The notes beneath the pieces were generated by a model. That model did not search any database. It was given only the letters and a program-made list of their open reading frames with translations, and was not told the DNA's origin. DNA of 64,000 bases, from positions 106,433 to 170,432 of the forward strand of contig JANRJK010000023.1 of the NCBI GenBank assembly GCA_033764015.1. The letters run 5' to 3'. A program made the translations under genes and the position numbers. The DNA is from Candidatus Sumerlaeia bacterium (GTDB lineage Bacteria > Sumerlaeota > Sumerlaeia > SLMS01 > JANRJK01). Shown here piece by piece: positions 32,258 to 42,542 of the stretch. Position 1 is the first letter of the stretch. Every line of letters starts with the position of its first letter.

Positions 32258-33094
32258 TCATCCCTTGATGCCGCTCATTGAGATCCCTTCGATGAAGTAG
32301 CGCTGGGCCAGCAGGAACAGGCCTAGTACGGGAAGGATGACCAGCGTGGCCGCCGCCATCAGAAGGTTGATCTCGGTGCCGCCGAGGCGGCTCTGGAATG
32401 CCTGCAGGCCGAGTGCGAGGGTGAATTGGCGCTCGTCTGTCAAATAGATCAGCGGACCCATGAAATCGTTCCACACGTACAGGAACGAGAACAAGGCGAC
32501 GACGATCAGCGCCGGCTTCGAGAGAGGAAGGATGATCCGATAGAAAATGTGGAACTCGGAGCAACCGTCGATCTCCGCGGCCTCGGTGACGTCCTTTGGG
32601 ATCGTCAGGAAGAACTGCCGAAGCAGGAAGATGTTGTAGGCGGACGCGAAGAACGCTGGGATCCAGAGCGGAAGCGATGTACCGATCCAACCTAGGGTCC
32701 GGAAAAGGCTGTACAGCGGCACTAGGAGGACCGCCCCCGGAATCATCATGGTGGATAGCGTGACCCAGAAGAAGAAGTTCCGGCCCGGCCAATCAATGCG
32801 CGAAAAGCCGTAGGCGACTAGGGCGCAACTACCGGTGGTTCCCACCACGTTGAGCAGGCACAGGACGACCGTGTTGACCGTTTGCTTCCAGAATGGAATC
32901 TTCTCTGTCGCCAGACGGAAGTTCCCCCAGAGGAACTCCGCCGGGAGCATGGTGGGCGGTGTGGCCGTGGCCTCCGCCAGCGACTTAAGCGCGGTGGACA
33001 GCATCCAAAAGAATGGGAAGGCGAAAAGGGCCACGACAATCCCAAGGACGCCGTACAGCAAGAGCCGATTCGCAAGGGGGCTAGTTGGCGCCAT
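32258..33094 (-). CDS. Carbohydrate ABC transporter permease, MalG-like
   Basis: EAAEIDG loop, WNDFMGPLIYL. Confidence 0.93.
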   Translation of the reverse strand: MAPTSPLANRLLLYGVLGIVVALFAFPFFWMLSTALKSLAEATATPPTMLPAEFLWGNFRLATEKIPFWKQTVNTVVLCLLNVVGTTGSCALVAYGFSRIDWPGRNFFFWVTLSTMMIPGAVLLVPLYSLFRTLGWIGTSLPLWIPAFFASAYNIFLLRQFFLTIPKDVTEAAEIDGCSEFHIFYRIILPLSKPALIVVALFSFLYVWNDFMGPLIYLTDERQFTLALGLQAFQSRLGGTEINLLMAAATLVILPVLGLFLLAQRYFIEGISMSGIKG

Positions 33095-33968
33095 AGATGA
33101 CACGATCCTGTGTGAGCCGGTGCGCGACCGCGCTAAGGCTCGCGATGATGGCGAAAAGCACCCACGCCATGGCGCAGGCATACCCCATGTTGAGGTAGCT
33201 GAATGCGTGGTCGAACAGGTACATGGTGTAGAACGTTGTCGAGCGAAGTGGGCCACCTGCGCCGTCGGTCATCACATAGGGGAGGGCGAAGACCTGCATC
33301 ACGCCGATCAAACCCATCAATACATTGAAGTAAATGACCGGCGAGAGCATCGGAAGCGTGACGTGCCGGAACTGCTGGAGGTTCGAGGCTCCGTCCACGC
33401 GGGCCGCCTCGTAGAGTGAGGGCGGAATCTCTTGCAGCCCTGCGAGGTATATTACGACCGAGTTCCCGATTCCCCAAAGCGAACCGATCACCAACCCCAG
33501 CTTCGCGGTTTCCGGTTCCCCCATCCAGTTCACCATAGGCAGCCCAACAAGCTGCATGCCCCAGTTGAGGATTCCATACTCACCATTGAGAATCCATCGC
33601 CACAGGATTCCCAATGCGACCAGTGGAACGAGCGATGGCACGAAGATCATCGCGCGCAGCGCACCCTTCCAACGGGTCGCTGCGTTGAGCAGGACGGCCA
33701 GGACGATTCCGGCACCGGTGCTCAAGGGCAGGAAGATCGCCGCGAAGTAAAGGGTGTTCCAGGTCGACTTCCAGAAAACCGAGTCGAATAGCAACTCCTG
33801 ATAGTTCGCGAGCCCGATGAACACGGGAGGATTCAACACGGAGTAATCGCAGAAACTATAGTACAGGGAGTAGATCGCCGGGAAAACTGTGAAGGAAAGA
33901 AGCCCCACCATCCATGGCGACGTGAACAACAGCCCCATCATCAGCTTCTTGCGTTCGCGTGCGGTCAT
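33081..33968 (-). CDS. Carbohydrate ABC transporter permease, MalF-like
   Basis: LAGLQEIPPSLYEAARVDGA, MGYACAMAW. Confidence 0.93.
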   Translation of the reverse strand: MTARERKKLMMGLLFTSPWMVGLLSFTVFPAIYSLYYSFCDYSVLNPPVFIGLANYQELLFDSVFWKSTWNTLYFAAIFLPLSTGAGIVLAVLLNAATRWKGALRAMIFVPSLVPLVALGILWRWILNGEYGILNWGMQLVGLPMVNWMGEPETAKLGLVIGSLWGIGNSVVIYLAGLQEIPPSLYEAARVDGASNLQQFRHVTLPMLSPVIYFNVLMGLIGVMQVFALPYVMTDGAGGPLRSTTFYTMYLFDHAFSYLNMGYACAMAWVLFAIIASLSAVAHRLTQDRVIYGAN

Positions 33969-35380
33969 TGCTGACTCCAATCTCGAAGGCGCATCTCAGC
34001 GATGCGGTCCCAAGCGGCGTTGGCACGGTCGAAGCGTGGCTTCACTCGCTTCATGAGGAGATCCATCGCCTTCGCGGGAGGCGTATCGCGCACCCAGATC
34101 TCCTCGAATGCGATGCCCAGTTCCGCGCGATACTGGTCCCAAAGCGTCATCCGCGGGACACCGCGCGCCTCGGGGGACTCCGCAAGCTCGCGGAACAGGC
34201 CGATGTAAGGATTCGGGTGGGAGGAGGCGAAGCTTGGACTCACCTCCCGAAGTGGCGAAAACTTCCGCTGCCCCATGCAGAGGAGCTCCATGTTTTCCTG
34301 CATCTGCACGAACTTGATGAAGTCCCAGGCTTCCTCGACATGCCGGGCGCCCTTCGGAATCACTAGCATGTCGCTCTCGACGATACAGGTGCCCATTCCT
34401 CCCTCCACTAGTGCCGGGAATGGAGCCACTCCCCACTCAAGACTTGGGTTGTACTGGTCGATGAAGCTGCTCATCCAAACACCTTGAAGCTGCATCGCAA
34501 GACGCCCGGAAATGAAGGTGTTGTCCGCCGAAGCGAACTGCCCCGCGCCCGCTTCGAACCGCCGGAGTGCCGGGCGCCCGTACTCGTCCGCGTACCGATC
34601 CAGCCATTCATACGCAGTAAGGCCGTCCCCTTCGCCGGCGGTCAACCGGCGCGCATCCTTGTCCACCAGATCCGCTCCGAACCAGTAAACCCACATCATG
34701 CTCCACCAACCGGGATCGGAGGGGGAGAACCCGAGCTGCGTGATCTTGCCATCCGCATCGCGCTTCGTCAGGCGGCGGGCGTATTCCTCCAGTTCGGCCA
34801 CCGTCTGCGGCGGCCGTTCGGGATCCAAGCCCGCTTCCCGGAAAAGGGCCTTGTTGTAATGCAGCGCCACCGTCGCAGGCGTCGAGGGGAGGCCCCAAAC
34901 GAAGCCCCGGTAGCAGCATCCATCCATGATGGCGGGGATGTAGTCTTCGCGCAGCAGACCGTCACGCTTCATAAGCCTGTCGAGCGGGAGCAGCGCCCCC
35001 TTTTCCGCGTAGGACACCACTGTGTGCGACCAAAAACCCGCCACATCGGGAGGGTTTCCGCCGGCTGTCGCCAGCAACAGCTTCCGGTCGATCTGGCTCT
35101 GCGAAACATACCGTACGAACACCTTGTCCTGCGAGGCGTTGTACTTGTCGACCACGGCGGCCATGGCGTCCTTCTCGAACCCTTGCCATTTCTCCCAGTA
35201 GTCGATGACGACGCGGCCGTCGGCGGTCCGCTCCTCCCCCGGCCTGCAGCCAAGCAGCAACGCGAGCACCAGAAGCAACCCCCAAGGGAGCTTCCGGGCG
35301 GAAGCACCGGGCCGCCGGATTGGCGCCGGATGCCGGTGCGAGGCGAAGGTCGGTGGGAACCGCTTGGGTGTCGGATTCAT
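33965..35380 (-). CDS. Carbohydrate ABC transporter substrate-binding lipoprotein
   Basis: Lipobox LLLGC, GNPPDV, LHYNKALFREAGLD; true start may be downstream. Confidence 0.9.
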   Translation of the reverse strand: MNPTPKRFPPTFASHRHPAPIRRPGASARKLPWGLLLVLALLLGCRPGEERTADGRVVIDYWEKWQGFEKDAMAAVVDKYNASQDKVFVRYVSQSQIDRKLLLATAGGNPPDVAGFWSHTVVSYAEKGALLPLDRLMKRDGLLREDYIPAIMDGCCYRGFVWGLPSTPATVALHYNKALFREAGLDPERPPQTVAELEEYARRLTKRDADGKITQLGFSPSDPGWWSMMWVYWFGADLVDKDARRLTAGEGDGLTAYEWLDRYADEYGRPALRRFEAGAGQFASADNTFISGRLAMQLQGVWMSSFIDQYNPSLEWGVAPFPALVEGGMGTCIVESDMLVIPKGARHVEEAWDFIKFVQMQENMELLCMGQRKFSPLREVSPSFASSHPNPYIGLFRELAESPEARGVPRMTLWDQYRAELGIAFEEIWVRDTPPAKAMDLLMKRVKPRFDRANAAWDRIAEMRLRDWSQQ

Positions 35381-35467
35381 CGTTCTGCCTCGGAGAGGCG
35401 CGTGGGCATGGAGGAGGGCGATCCGGTCGTCATGGTGCGGGGGAGAGCCTCGTTTCGCTGCCGTCGA

Positions 35468-36823
35468 TCAATACAAGAACCAGCCATCGACCGCCCCGGC
35501 GGGCAGAGCGAGTTCGAACCAGTTCACGTTGAACTCACCGGTCAGGAACTCTAGCCGGGCGATATAATCGCCGGCGGGGATCTCAAGCGGGCTGTCGCCC
35601 TCTACCGTGGTCCAGGTTTGCCATCCGCCGGTCGACGGGATCGTCACGCCGGTAGTGTACTCCGCCCGTGACAGCGGCGACCGGACCCGCAGTGTCGCCG
35701 TGCCACCGCCAGCGGCGGACGCCGTCCGGAAGCTCGATGTGAAGCTCCCGTCCGCAGGGACCGTGACCGAGTACTCGACCCACTCGCCGGGCTGTACGAA
35801 CCCAAGGTTACCGCTGGACCCCGGGTCGCTTGTCACTTCGAGGTCGACGCTCTCCTCCGGCCTCTCTCCATCCCCAAGGTTCGCCCCCGTCGTGTCGTTG
35901 TAGGCGTAGCCCTGTCCGCCAAGGTCGAAATGCTCGGCCTCGATCCGGCCGGGCAGTTCGACCGGGGCGCCGAGGTACGGGCGCTGCTGGCCGATTTGCG
36001 AGACGCGGACCCAGTCGACCACCATCTCCTGTGGGAAATAGTCCGGGTTCTCCGGCGGATTCATAAGGAAGTTCCCACCCACCGCGACGTTCAGCAGAAG
36101 GTGGAACCGCTTGTTGAAGGGGGCGGGATAGGCGCCCGCGGAGGACCACCAGGAGGTGCGCGTCTGGACCAGTTCGCCGTCGAGGAACCAGCGGATCCGG
36201 CCCTCCTCCCACTCGACCGCGTAGACATGGAAGTCCTGCGAAAGGTCGACTGTCGAGATGCTCCCGCTGCTGTAGACGTTTCCGGGGTAGGGCGCTCCGT
36301 AGTGGAGCGAGAAGATCGCCTCCGTCGGTGTCTCCCCGCGAAGCTCGAGGATGTCGATCTCGCCGCTGGCCGCCCAGCCGCCGTACTCGTAGTCGCTCGG
36401 GAGCATCCAGATCGCGGGCCAGAGCCCTTGCCCGGAGGGCAGCTTCGCCCGGACCTCCATCCGCCCGTAGGTCCAGTCGCCCTTGAAGCGGCTGTTCAAC
36501 CGGGCGCTCGTGTATTGGCGCGTCTTTTCCACGCCGTCCGACGGATCGATCTCCGTGTAGGGCTCCTTCCGTGCCCGGATCGTCAAGTTCCCGCCGGAAA
36601 CGAAGGAGTTGAGCGTGCGTGCGGTGTAGTACTGGAGCTCGTTGTTGCCGCCCCCCCAGGCGTTCACTTCGTGGGTCCAATTGGCGGTGTTGATCGAGGC
36701 TCCGCCGAACTCATCCCGCCAGACGATTTCGAGACCCGGTTCGATTGCGCCGGCCCCCGTGCAGAGCGCGGCGACGAGTGCGGGGAGCAGGGAGCGGAGG
36801 CGGTGCCCGGGGCTGGTTGACAT
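35468..36823 (-). CDS. GH16 laminarinase-type endo-beta-1,3-glucanase with CBM6
   Basis: WPAIWML, catalytic EIDILE, PGRIEAEHFD...TGGWQTW; ends VDGWFLY. Confidence 0.92.
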   Translation of the reverse strand: MSTSPGHRLRSLLPALVAALCTGAGAIEPGLEIVWRDEFGGASINTANWTHEVNAWGGGNNELQYYTARTLNSFVSGGNLTIRARKEPYTEIDPSDGVEKTRQYTSARLNSRFKGDWTYGRMEVRAKLPSGQGLWPAIWMLPSDYEYGGWAASGEIDILELRGETPTEAIFSLHYGAPYPGNVYSSGSISTVDLSQDFHVYAVEWEEGRIRWFLDGELVQTRTSWWSSAGAYPAPFNKRFHLLLNVAVGGNFLMNPPENPDYFPQEMVVDWVRVSQIGQQRPYLGAPVELPGRIEAEHFDLGGQGYAYNDTTGANLGDGERPEESVDLEVTSDPGSSGNLGFVQPGEWVEYSVTVPADGSFTSSFRTASAAGGGTATLRVRSPLSRAEYTTGVTIPSTGGWQTWTTVEGDSPLEIPAGDYIARLEFLTGEFNVNWFELALPAGAVDGWFLY

Positions 36824-36917
36824 CGGAGCGGGGGCTCTTTCGGGCGTCTGGCGCCTGGGGCTGGGGCGCTGCGTCCCCGCTTGCTTCGGTGCGGCGCGGT
36901 GGTTCCCACGCTGCGCG

Positions 36918-36931
36918 CGTTATCCTTAACA
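36918..36931. promoter_or_regulatory. Putative LacI operator
   Basis: CGTTATCCTTAACA upstream of the GH16-ABC operon. Confidence 0.5.
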
Positions 36932-37134
36932 ATTGCGACGCGCCGACCCGGTCCTGTCAAGCGCATTCGACCCGCTCCCGCTCGTGCCGTGGCGACCCGC
37001 GCCGCCGGCCCGCCCGCCGGTGGGCAGTGGTCAAGGCGGAGCCAGTCAACCGATTGCTCCCTCCACCCGTTGGAATCGCCATGGAAGATTGCCGCCGCGC
37101 CGTGCGCAGTTCGGCGTTGACACCGCCGACGCTA

Positions 37135-37148
37135 TGTTGTCGTTAACA
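37135..37148. promoter_or_regulatory. Putative LacI operator
   Basis: TGTTGTCGTTAACA, just downstream of TTGACA (37117-37122). Confidence 0.65.
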
Positions 37149-37218
37149 TGCAGTAGCGCATTCATCGGCGCCCCGGGCGCATTCCGCCGAACCGAGCGAC
37201 GCCAGAACGGACTTCGAA

Positions 37219-37887
37219 GTGAGCACTCCCCGGGCCTTCACCCTGATCGAACTCCTCATCGTGGTCGCGATCATCGCGATCCTCGCGGCCATCGCCGTGC
37301 CGAACTTCCTCGAGGCGCAGGTCCGCGCCAAAGTGAGCCGCGCACGCAGCGACATGCGATCCCTCGCCACCGCCCTCGAAGCCTACCGCGTCGACAACAA
37401 CACCTATCCCCTCGGAGTCGTCGACGCCCCGATCGCGCCGTCCTACTCCCCGTCCCTGATCCGGCGTTCGGTCTTCGCCCTGATCACGACACCGGTCGCG
37501 TACATCACGTCCTTCCCCCCCGACGCGTTCAACGGCGACTACCGCTCGAACCCGACCACGGACATCCTCGGGCTCCGCAAGTTCTACGACTACCGCCGGA
37601 CCCGTTTCGGCACCACTTCCGGCGGTCGCACGACGATCTTCGAAAGCGCGACGGGCCTCGGCATCGGGATCGGTCAGCGCTTCGATTCCTGGCTGCTCTA
37701 CTCGCCCGGTCCGGACCAGGAGCAGAACCTGAACACCCAGCGTGGCGGCCAGAACTCCTTCGACGTGGCCGGTTTCGGCGACCCGATCGGCGACTGGCCC
37801 TTCTACGATCCGACGAACGGCTCGGTCTCCGTCGGCGACGTCGTGCGCGCCCGCGAAGGCGAGGGCGAGTCGCTGGTCGCCCGATGA
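37219..37887 (+). CDS. Type IV pilin / GspG-like prepilin
   Basis: A|FTLIELLIVVAIIAILAAIAVPNF N-methylation motif; C-terminal YDPTNGSVSVGD. Confidence 0.9.
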   Translation: MSTPRAFTLIELLIVVAIIAILAAIAVPNFLEAQVRAKVSRARSDMRSLATALEAYRVDNNTYPLGVVDAPIAPSYSPSLIRRSVFALITTPVAYITSFPPDAFNGDYRSNPTTDILGLRKFYDYRRTRFGTTSGGRTTIFESATGLGIGIGQRFDSWLLYSPGPDQEQNLNTQRGGQNSFDVAGFGDPIGDWPFYDPTNGSVSVGDVVRAREGEGESLVAR

Positions 37888-39788
37888 GCTTCCTGCCCCG
37901 TCACCTCGCCGCGCTGCTGCTCCTCGCGCTACCCGCGTTCCCCCTCGCGGACCCCGGCTACTCCGTCGTGCGGGACGACGCGGGACGCTTTTGGTTCGAG
38001 GGCCCCGACCGGGAGCGGTTCCTTTCGGTCGGCGTTTGCGCGATCGATAGCGGCGGCTGGCGTCCACCCGCGGGCTCGATCTTTTACGGCGGGCCGGACG
38101 GAGAACCATTCCGCGGCGACGTCGCCGCTTGGCGCGCGAGCACCATCGAAATCCTCCGGCGCGGCGCGTTCAACACGCTTGGCGCTTGGAGCAATCCGCA
38201 ACTCAACGACGGTACGCTCTTCGCCACGCCGAACCTCTACATCATCACCGCGGAGCCCGACCGGCTTGCGAACCTGCTTCGTCCGGGTCTCGAAGAGCTG
38301 ATGCGGAAGCAAGTTCGCGAAGCGATGGCGACCCACGCCCACCCGGATCGGATCCTAGGGTTCTTCCTCGACAACGAGATGGCGTGGTACGGCCCGTCGC
38401 CATGGACCATCCGGGCCAACTCGACGCTGCTGGAGGCCATGCTTGGCCTCGCCGCCGACGACCCCGCGAGAAAGGGGGCGATCAACTTCCTAGCGAGCCG
38501 CTACCAGGGCGACCCCTCGCTGATGGCCGCCTCCTGGGGGATACCGGTGACTCGGTTTGAGTCCCTTTCGAAGGAACTCCTCGAGACATCGACAACCCCC
38601 GATGCGATCTCGGACCGGGAGGAGTTCACCGCGCGCATGGCGGAGCGCTTCTTTTCGACCGCTCGAAAGGTCGTGTCCGAGGAGGCGCCCGGGAAGCTCC
38701 TGCTCGGAGTCCGGTTCGCCGGCTCCGCGCCGCTCTCCGTCCTAAGGGAGTGCGGCAAGCACTGCGATGTCGTCAGCCTCAACGTCTACCGCGCGCGTCC
38801 CGACGCGGACGAGCGACTGCTGTCGCACTTCTGGCTGGAGACCCGCAAACCGCTGATGGTCACGGAGTTCTCCTGGCGGGCGACCATCAACAACAGCGGA
38901 AACCCCAATCTCCGCGGCGCTGGCGGCGTGGTCCGCACGCAGGCGGAGCGGGCCGCCAATTACCAAGCCTTCGTTTCTGACCACTTCCAGCATCCGCAGA
39001 TCATCGGAATGCACTGGTTCGCTTGGGCCGATCAATCCCCCCAAGGGCGGTTCGACGGGGAAAACTCGAACTATGGGATCGTCGACATCTTCCACCGCCC
39101 CTACGAGGAACTGGTGACGGCGATGTTCGAAACCAACAGGCGGGCCATCGAAGTGCACGGCGCTTCCACCCGTTCGGTCCCCACGGAGCTGCCCGCGCCG
39201 CCGGCTGTCGTGGTCGCGCCGGGCCAATTCCCGGACCGCCCCGCATCGCTTGATATCCTCGCGCTTCCCCCTGTGCGGGCGCATGAGCCCTTCATGGCTC
39301 CGGACGCCACGTTCGCACTTACCCCCAAGGATCGCGGAGCGTTCGTGCTGCGCGCGCAGACAGGGAACGACTGGGGTGGGGGAGTGACGCTGTATGGCCC
39401 TGCGGCGCGGGCAACCGGACGTCCGGGGGCCGGGTTCGCGACCGACCTCGATGGCTACTCCACCCTCGTCCTGGATCTGGAATCCGCGAAGAGGATCAGC
39501 ATCGAAGTCGTGCTCGACGAAGCGGGCGTCGCCCCACCCGGGGCGGTTTCCTACGAAAGCGGAAACGGCGACGACGGTGAGTCCTTCGCCTGGGGGCCGC
39601 GCGAATTCGGCCCGGGCCGCGTGGAGATCCGCCTACCGTTGGCGGATCTCGGCTCCAGAACGGTCTGGGGGAACCAGGACGGCAAGCGGTTCGTCGATCT
39701 GGCCGCCCTGAAGGGGCCGTCACTCGTCGTCGGCGGGAGCCAAGGCGAAGTCGAAATCACGCTCCACTCCGTCCGCTTCGAGAAGTAG
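37884..39788 (+). CDS. Secreted clan GH-A glycoside hydrolase (GH50/GH148-like) with C-terminal CBM-like domain
   Basis: Signal peptide, FNTLGAWS, GFFLDNE, PLMVTEF, HWFAWADQ...GENSNYGIVD. Confidence 0.75.
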   Translation: MSFLPRHLAALLLLALPAFPLADPGYSVVRDDAGRFWFEGPDRERFLSVGVCAIDSGGWRPPAGSIFYGGPDGEPFRGDVAAWRASTIEILRRGAFNTLGAWSNPQLNDGTLFATPNLYIITAEPDRLANLLRPGLEELMRKQVREAMATHAHPDRILGFFLDNEMAWYGPSPWTIRANSTLLEAMLGLAADDPARKGAINFLASRYQGDPSLMAASWGIPVTRFESLSKELLETSTTPDAISDREEFTARMAERFFSTARKVVSEEAPGKLLLGVRFAGSAPLSVLRECGKHCDVVSLNVYRARPDADERLLSHFWLETRKPLMVTEFSWRATINNSGNPNLRGAGGVVRTQAERAANYQAFVSDHFQHPQIIGMHWFAWADQSPQGRFDGENSNYGIVDIFHRPYEELVTAMFETNRRAIEVHGASTRSVPTELPAPPAVVVAPGQFPDRPASLDILALPPVRAHEPFMAPDATFALTPKDRGAFVLRAQTGNDWGGGVTLYGPAARATGRPGAGFATDLDGYSTLVLDLESAKRISIEVVLDEAGVAPPGAVSYESGNGDDGESFAWGPREFGPGRVEIRLPLADLGSRTVWGNQDGKRFVDLAALKGPSLVVGGSQGEVEITLHSVRFEK

Positions 39789-39802
39789 CGCGTCCCTGCC
39801 CT

Positions 39803-40879
39803 TCAGGGGGGTGGCCCTGTCGAGTCACGCACCCGGAGCGAAATCGGCAGTCGGAGGCGCTCAGCCTGGGTGCTGTTGTCCTTGAGGCGACGCAGTATTA
39901 AGTCCCCCGCTAGGCGCCCCAGCTCGTAGCCCGGATGGATCGCCGTGGTCAGCGGCGGTTTCGAGAATGAGCTGTGCAACTCGTCGTCGAAGCCGGTGAC
40001 CGAGAGCTTCGCAGGGATATCCCGACCGGCGCGCCGCGCTGCCATCATCACGCCGGCCGCCGTATTGTCTGAAGCGCAGGCGATGGCCGTCGGCCCGTTG
40101 GCGCCCTCCGCCAACAGATAGTCCGCCTCGAGGCTGCCGACCTCCACCGCGCGCGCAAAGTCTCCTTGGCGGATCCATTTCGCGGGGACTTCAAGGTTCA
40201 GTTCCGCCATGGCCACGCGGAACCCTTCCTCTCGCTCCTCCGCATCGTGGTCTCCGATGGAGCCCCCGATGTAGGCGATCCGCCGGTGCCCCAACGCCAC
40301 CAGATGCCGGACGACGTGGCCCATTCCGCTGGAATTGTCATAGCAAACGGTGGAGACGCCGCTCGGAATGTCGCGTTGGTCGCTATAGTTCAGCAGGACG
40401 ACCGGTATCGGAAGACGCCCAAGCGCCTCGAGATCCACGGTTCGAAGGATCGAGCCGAGCACCACAAGCCCCCCCACCCGGTTCTCCCGGGTGACTTGGA
40501 TCGTACGGGGGACGAGCTGCTCGAGGCTGGGCGCGAGGACGAGGAGGACGTGGTACTCGTCCTCGAACATCGCCGAGTCCAACCCCGCGAGCATGTCGGA
40601 GTTGAACCCGCCGCGGAGTGCGTCGGCGCCGGGCGAGACCAGCCCGACCACTTGCACCTTCCCCGTCCGCAGGCTGCGGGCGGTGAGGCTCGGTGAATAT
40701 CCGAGCTCCTCCGCCGCGGCGAGAATCCTCGCCCGGGTTGCGGCCGAAACATTCGGCATTCCGCGAAGCGCCCTGGAGACGGTCATGACCGAGACTCCCG
40801 CACGGTTTGCTACCAGCCGTGCCGATGCCGGGGCGAGATCGACGGGCAGGGAGGACTTGTTTCCGGAGTTGGACGACAT
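39803..40879 (-). CDS. LacI-family transcriptional regulator
   Basis: VANRAGVSVMTVSRAL, LGYSPSLTARSL, LSVTGFDD. Confidence 0.93.
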   Translation of the reverse strand: MSSNSGNKSSLPVDLAPASARLVANRAGVSVMTVSRALRGMPNVSAATRARILAAAEELGYSPSLTARSLRTGKVQVVGLVSPGADALRGGFNSDMLAGLDSAMFEDEYHVLLVLAPSLEQLVPRTIQVTRENRVGGLVVLGSILRTVDLEALGRLPIPVVLLNYSDQRDIPSGVSTVCYDNSSGMGHVVRHLVALGHRRIAYIGGSIGDHDAEEREEGFRVAMAELNLEVPAKWIRQGDFARAVEVGSLEADYLLAEGANGPTAIACASDNTAAGVMMAARRAGRDIPAKLSVTGFDDELHSSFSKPPLTTAIHPGYELGRLAGDLILRRLKDNSTQAERLRLPISLRVRDSTGPPP

Positions 40880-40937
40880 CGGGTCCTCCGCTGAGCGGAT
40901 CTCAGATTGGGCCGCCGCCCAACACCATGACCCCCTT

Positions 40938-42542
40938 CTATTCAGCGCCTCCCTCGGAAACAAGCTCAATCCAATCAATGTTGAATTCCCCCTGGTCGAT
41001 CGACAGCAGCAGTTGCGTTTCCCCGGGAACAATCTCGATGGGGCCGCCCTCGATTTCGATGAACTCCGTCCATCCACCAGTCGGCGGGACGATCACCTCG
41101 ACCGGGGCGGTAACCCCGGATCTCACGGAAAACCGTCCACCGGCGCCGCTCGCCGAAGCGACCCGCGCACGAAGCTTGTATCGCGAACTACTCGCCGTCG
41201 GAGAAATCGCGTAGGACACCCATTCACCTCTTTCGGTCCAGCCGAGATAGATTCCCCCGTCAGGGGTTTGTTCGAGATCGACGCCATCCCGCGGTCGTAA
41301 CTCTCCCCCGTTGTTCGTTGGGTCGGCATCCACGTACGCTTCCCCGGGAGCGCCGCGGTCGAACGCCTCCGCCTCGATACGCCCGGGCAAGCTCGCTGGG
41401 TACTCGCCCCAGGGCCGCCGCGGACAGCCCTCGCCCAAACGAACGTTCAACTCCCGACGCGCGCGCATCCCGCCGTCGTCCACCGCTACCATCGTCAGTC
41501 CGTAGCAGCCGTCGGGCAGGGGCCCCGTTTCCAAATCGAACGGCGGGACCGTGGAGCGCGCCAACACGTCGCCGCCGTCGAGCAACTCGACGTATGCGAC
41601 AGACCCGTCGGGATCCGTCGCGGCGACCGACACCTTGATCGAGCCCGCCGGGAGCGGGGTCTCTGAGGACGCCGGTGAAAGCACCGCCAGCTCGGGGCCT
41701 TTGTTCCCCGACTGATACACCCTGATCCAATCGATCTCGAACCGCTGGGGGAAGACACTCGTCCCGTCGGGAGGCCCGGGCCAATTCCCTCCAACGGCGA
41801 GATTCGCGATCAAATGGAAGTCGCGGTCGAACGGCGCCGGGAAGGGCTTCCCGGGAGTCGCCCACTTAGCCTGCGTGCCGAAGTGCTCGCCGTCGACATA
41901 CCAACGGATTTCGCCCGGATCCCACTCGATTGCGAAGGTATGGAAGTCCTCCGAGAAATCGACGACCCCCCCACCTTCGAGCGGCTTCTGGAACGACGCC
42001 CCTTGGTAGACATGCCCCGGATTGCCGAAGTGGATCGTGCCATGCACCTTGTCGGCTTTGTTGACCGCCTCGACGATGTCGATCTCACCGCTCAGCGGCC
42101 AACCGCCGTACTCCGCGTCCTCCGGCATCATCCAGAGCGCCGGCCAGGCGCCTTTCGTCGACGGTAGCCGGAGCCGGGCCTCGACGCGGCCATAGGTGAA
42201 GGAGAATTTCTTCGCTGTCGTCAGCCGCGCCGATGTGAACTCGTGGTCGCGATAGGACTCGCGCTGGGCCCGGATCACGAGCTTGCCGTCCTCGATGAAG
42301 GAATTCTCCGGACGGTCCGTGTAGTGCTGGAATTCATTGTTCCCGCTGTCGACGCCGGGAAACACCTGATGGGTCCACGAGGCCCGGTCGATCTCCGGCC
42401 CTGTGAACTCGTCCTGCCAGATCAAGCGCCAGTCGCGCTGGCCAACAGGTGCGTCAGTCAATCGACCCCCCCCGCCGTCTCCTGCACACCCGCAAATGAG
42501 AAGCGTGGCGGCGAGAGTGCTGTGGATGAAGCTCTCACTCAC
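40938..42542 (-). CDS. GH16 beta-1,3-glucanase lipoprotein with Ig-like domain and CBM6
   Basis: Lipobox-like LLICGC, WPALWMM, EIDIVE, PGRIEAEAFD...TGGWTEF. Confidence 0.9.
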   Translation of the reverse strand: MSESFIHSTLAATLLICGCAGDGGGGRLTDAPVGQRDWRLIWQDEFTGPEIDRASWTHQVFPGVDSGNNEFQHYTDRPENSFIEDGKLVIRAQRESYRDHEFTSARLTTAKKFSFTYGRVEARLRLPSTKGAWPALWMMPEDAEYGGWPLSGEIDIVEAVNKADKVHGTIHFGNPGHVYQGASFQKPLEGGGVVDFSEDFHTFAIEWDPGEIRWYVDGEHFGTQAKWATPGKPFPAPFDRDFHLIANLAVGGNWPGPPDGTSVFPQRFEIDWIRVYQSGNKGPELAVLSPASSETPLPAGSIKVSVAATDPDGSVAYVELLDGGDVLARSTVPPFDLETGPLPDGCYGLTMVAVDDGGMRARRELNVRLGEGCPRRPWGEYPASLPGRIEAEAFDRGAPGEAYVDADPTNNGGELRPRDGVDLEQTPDGGIYLGWTERGEWVSYAISPTASSSRYKLRARVASASGAGGRFSVRSGVTAPVEVIVPPTGGWTEFIEIEGGPIEIVPGETQLLLSIDQGEFNIDWIELVSEGGAE

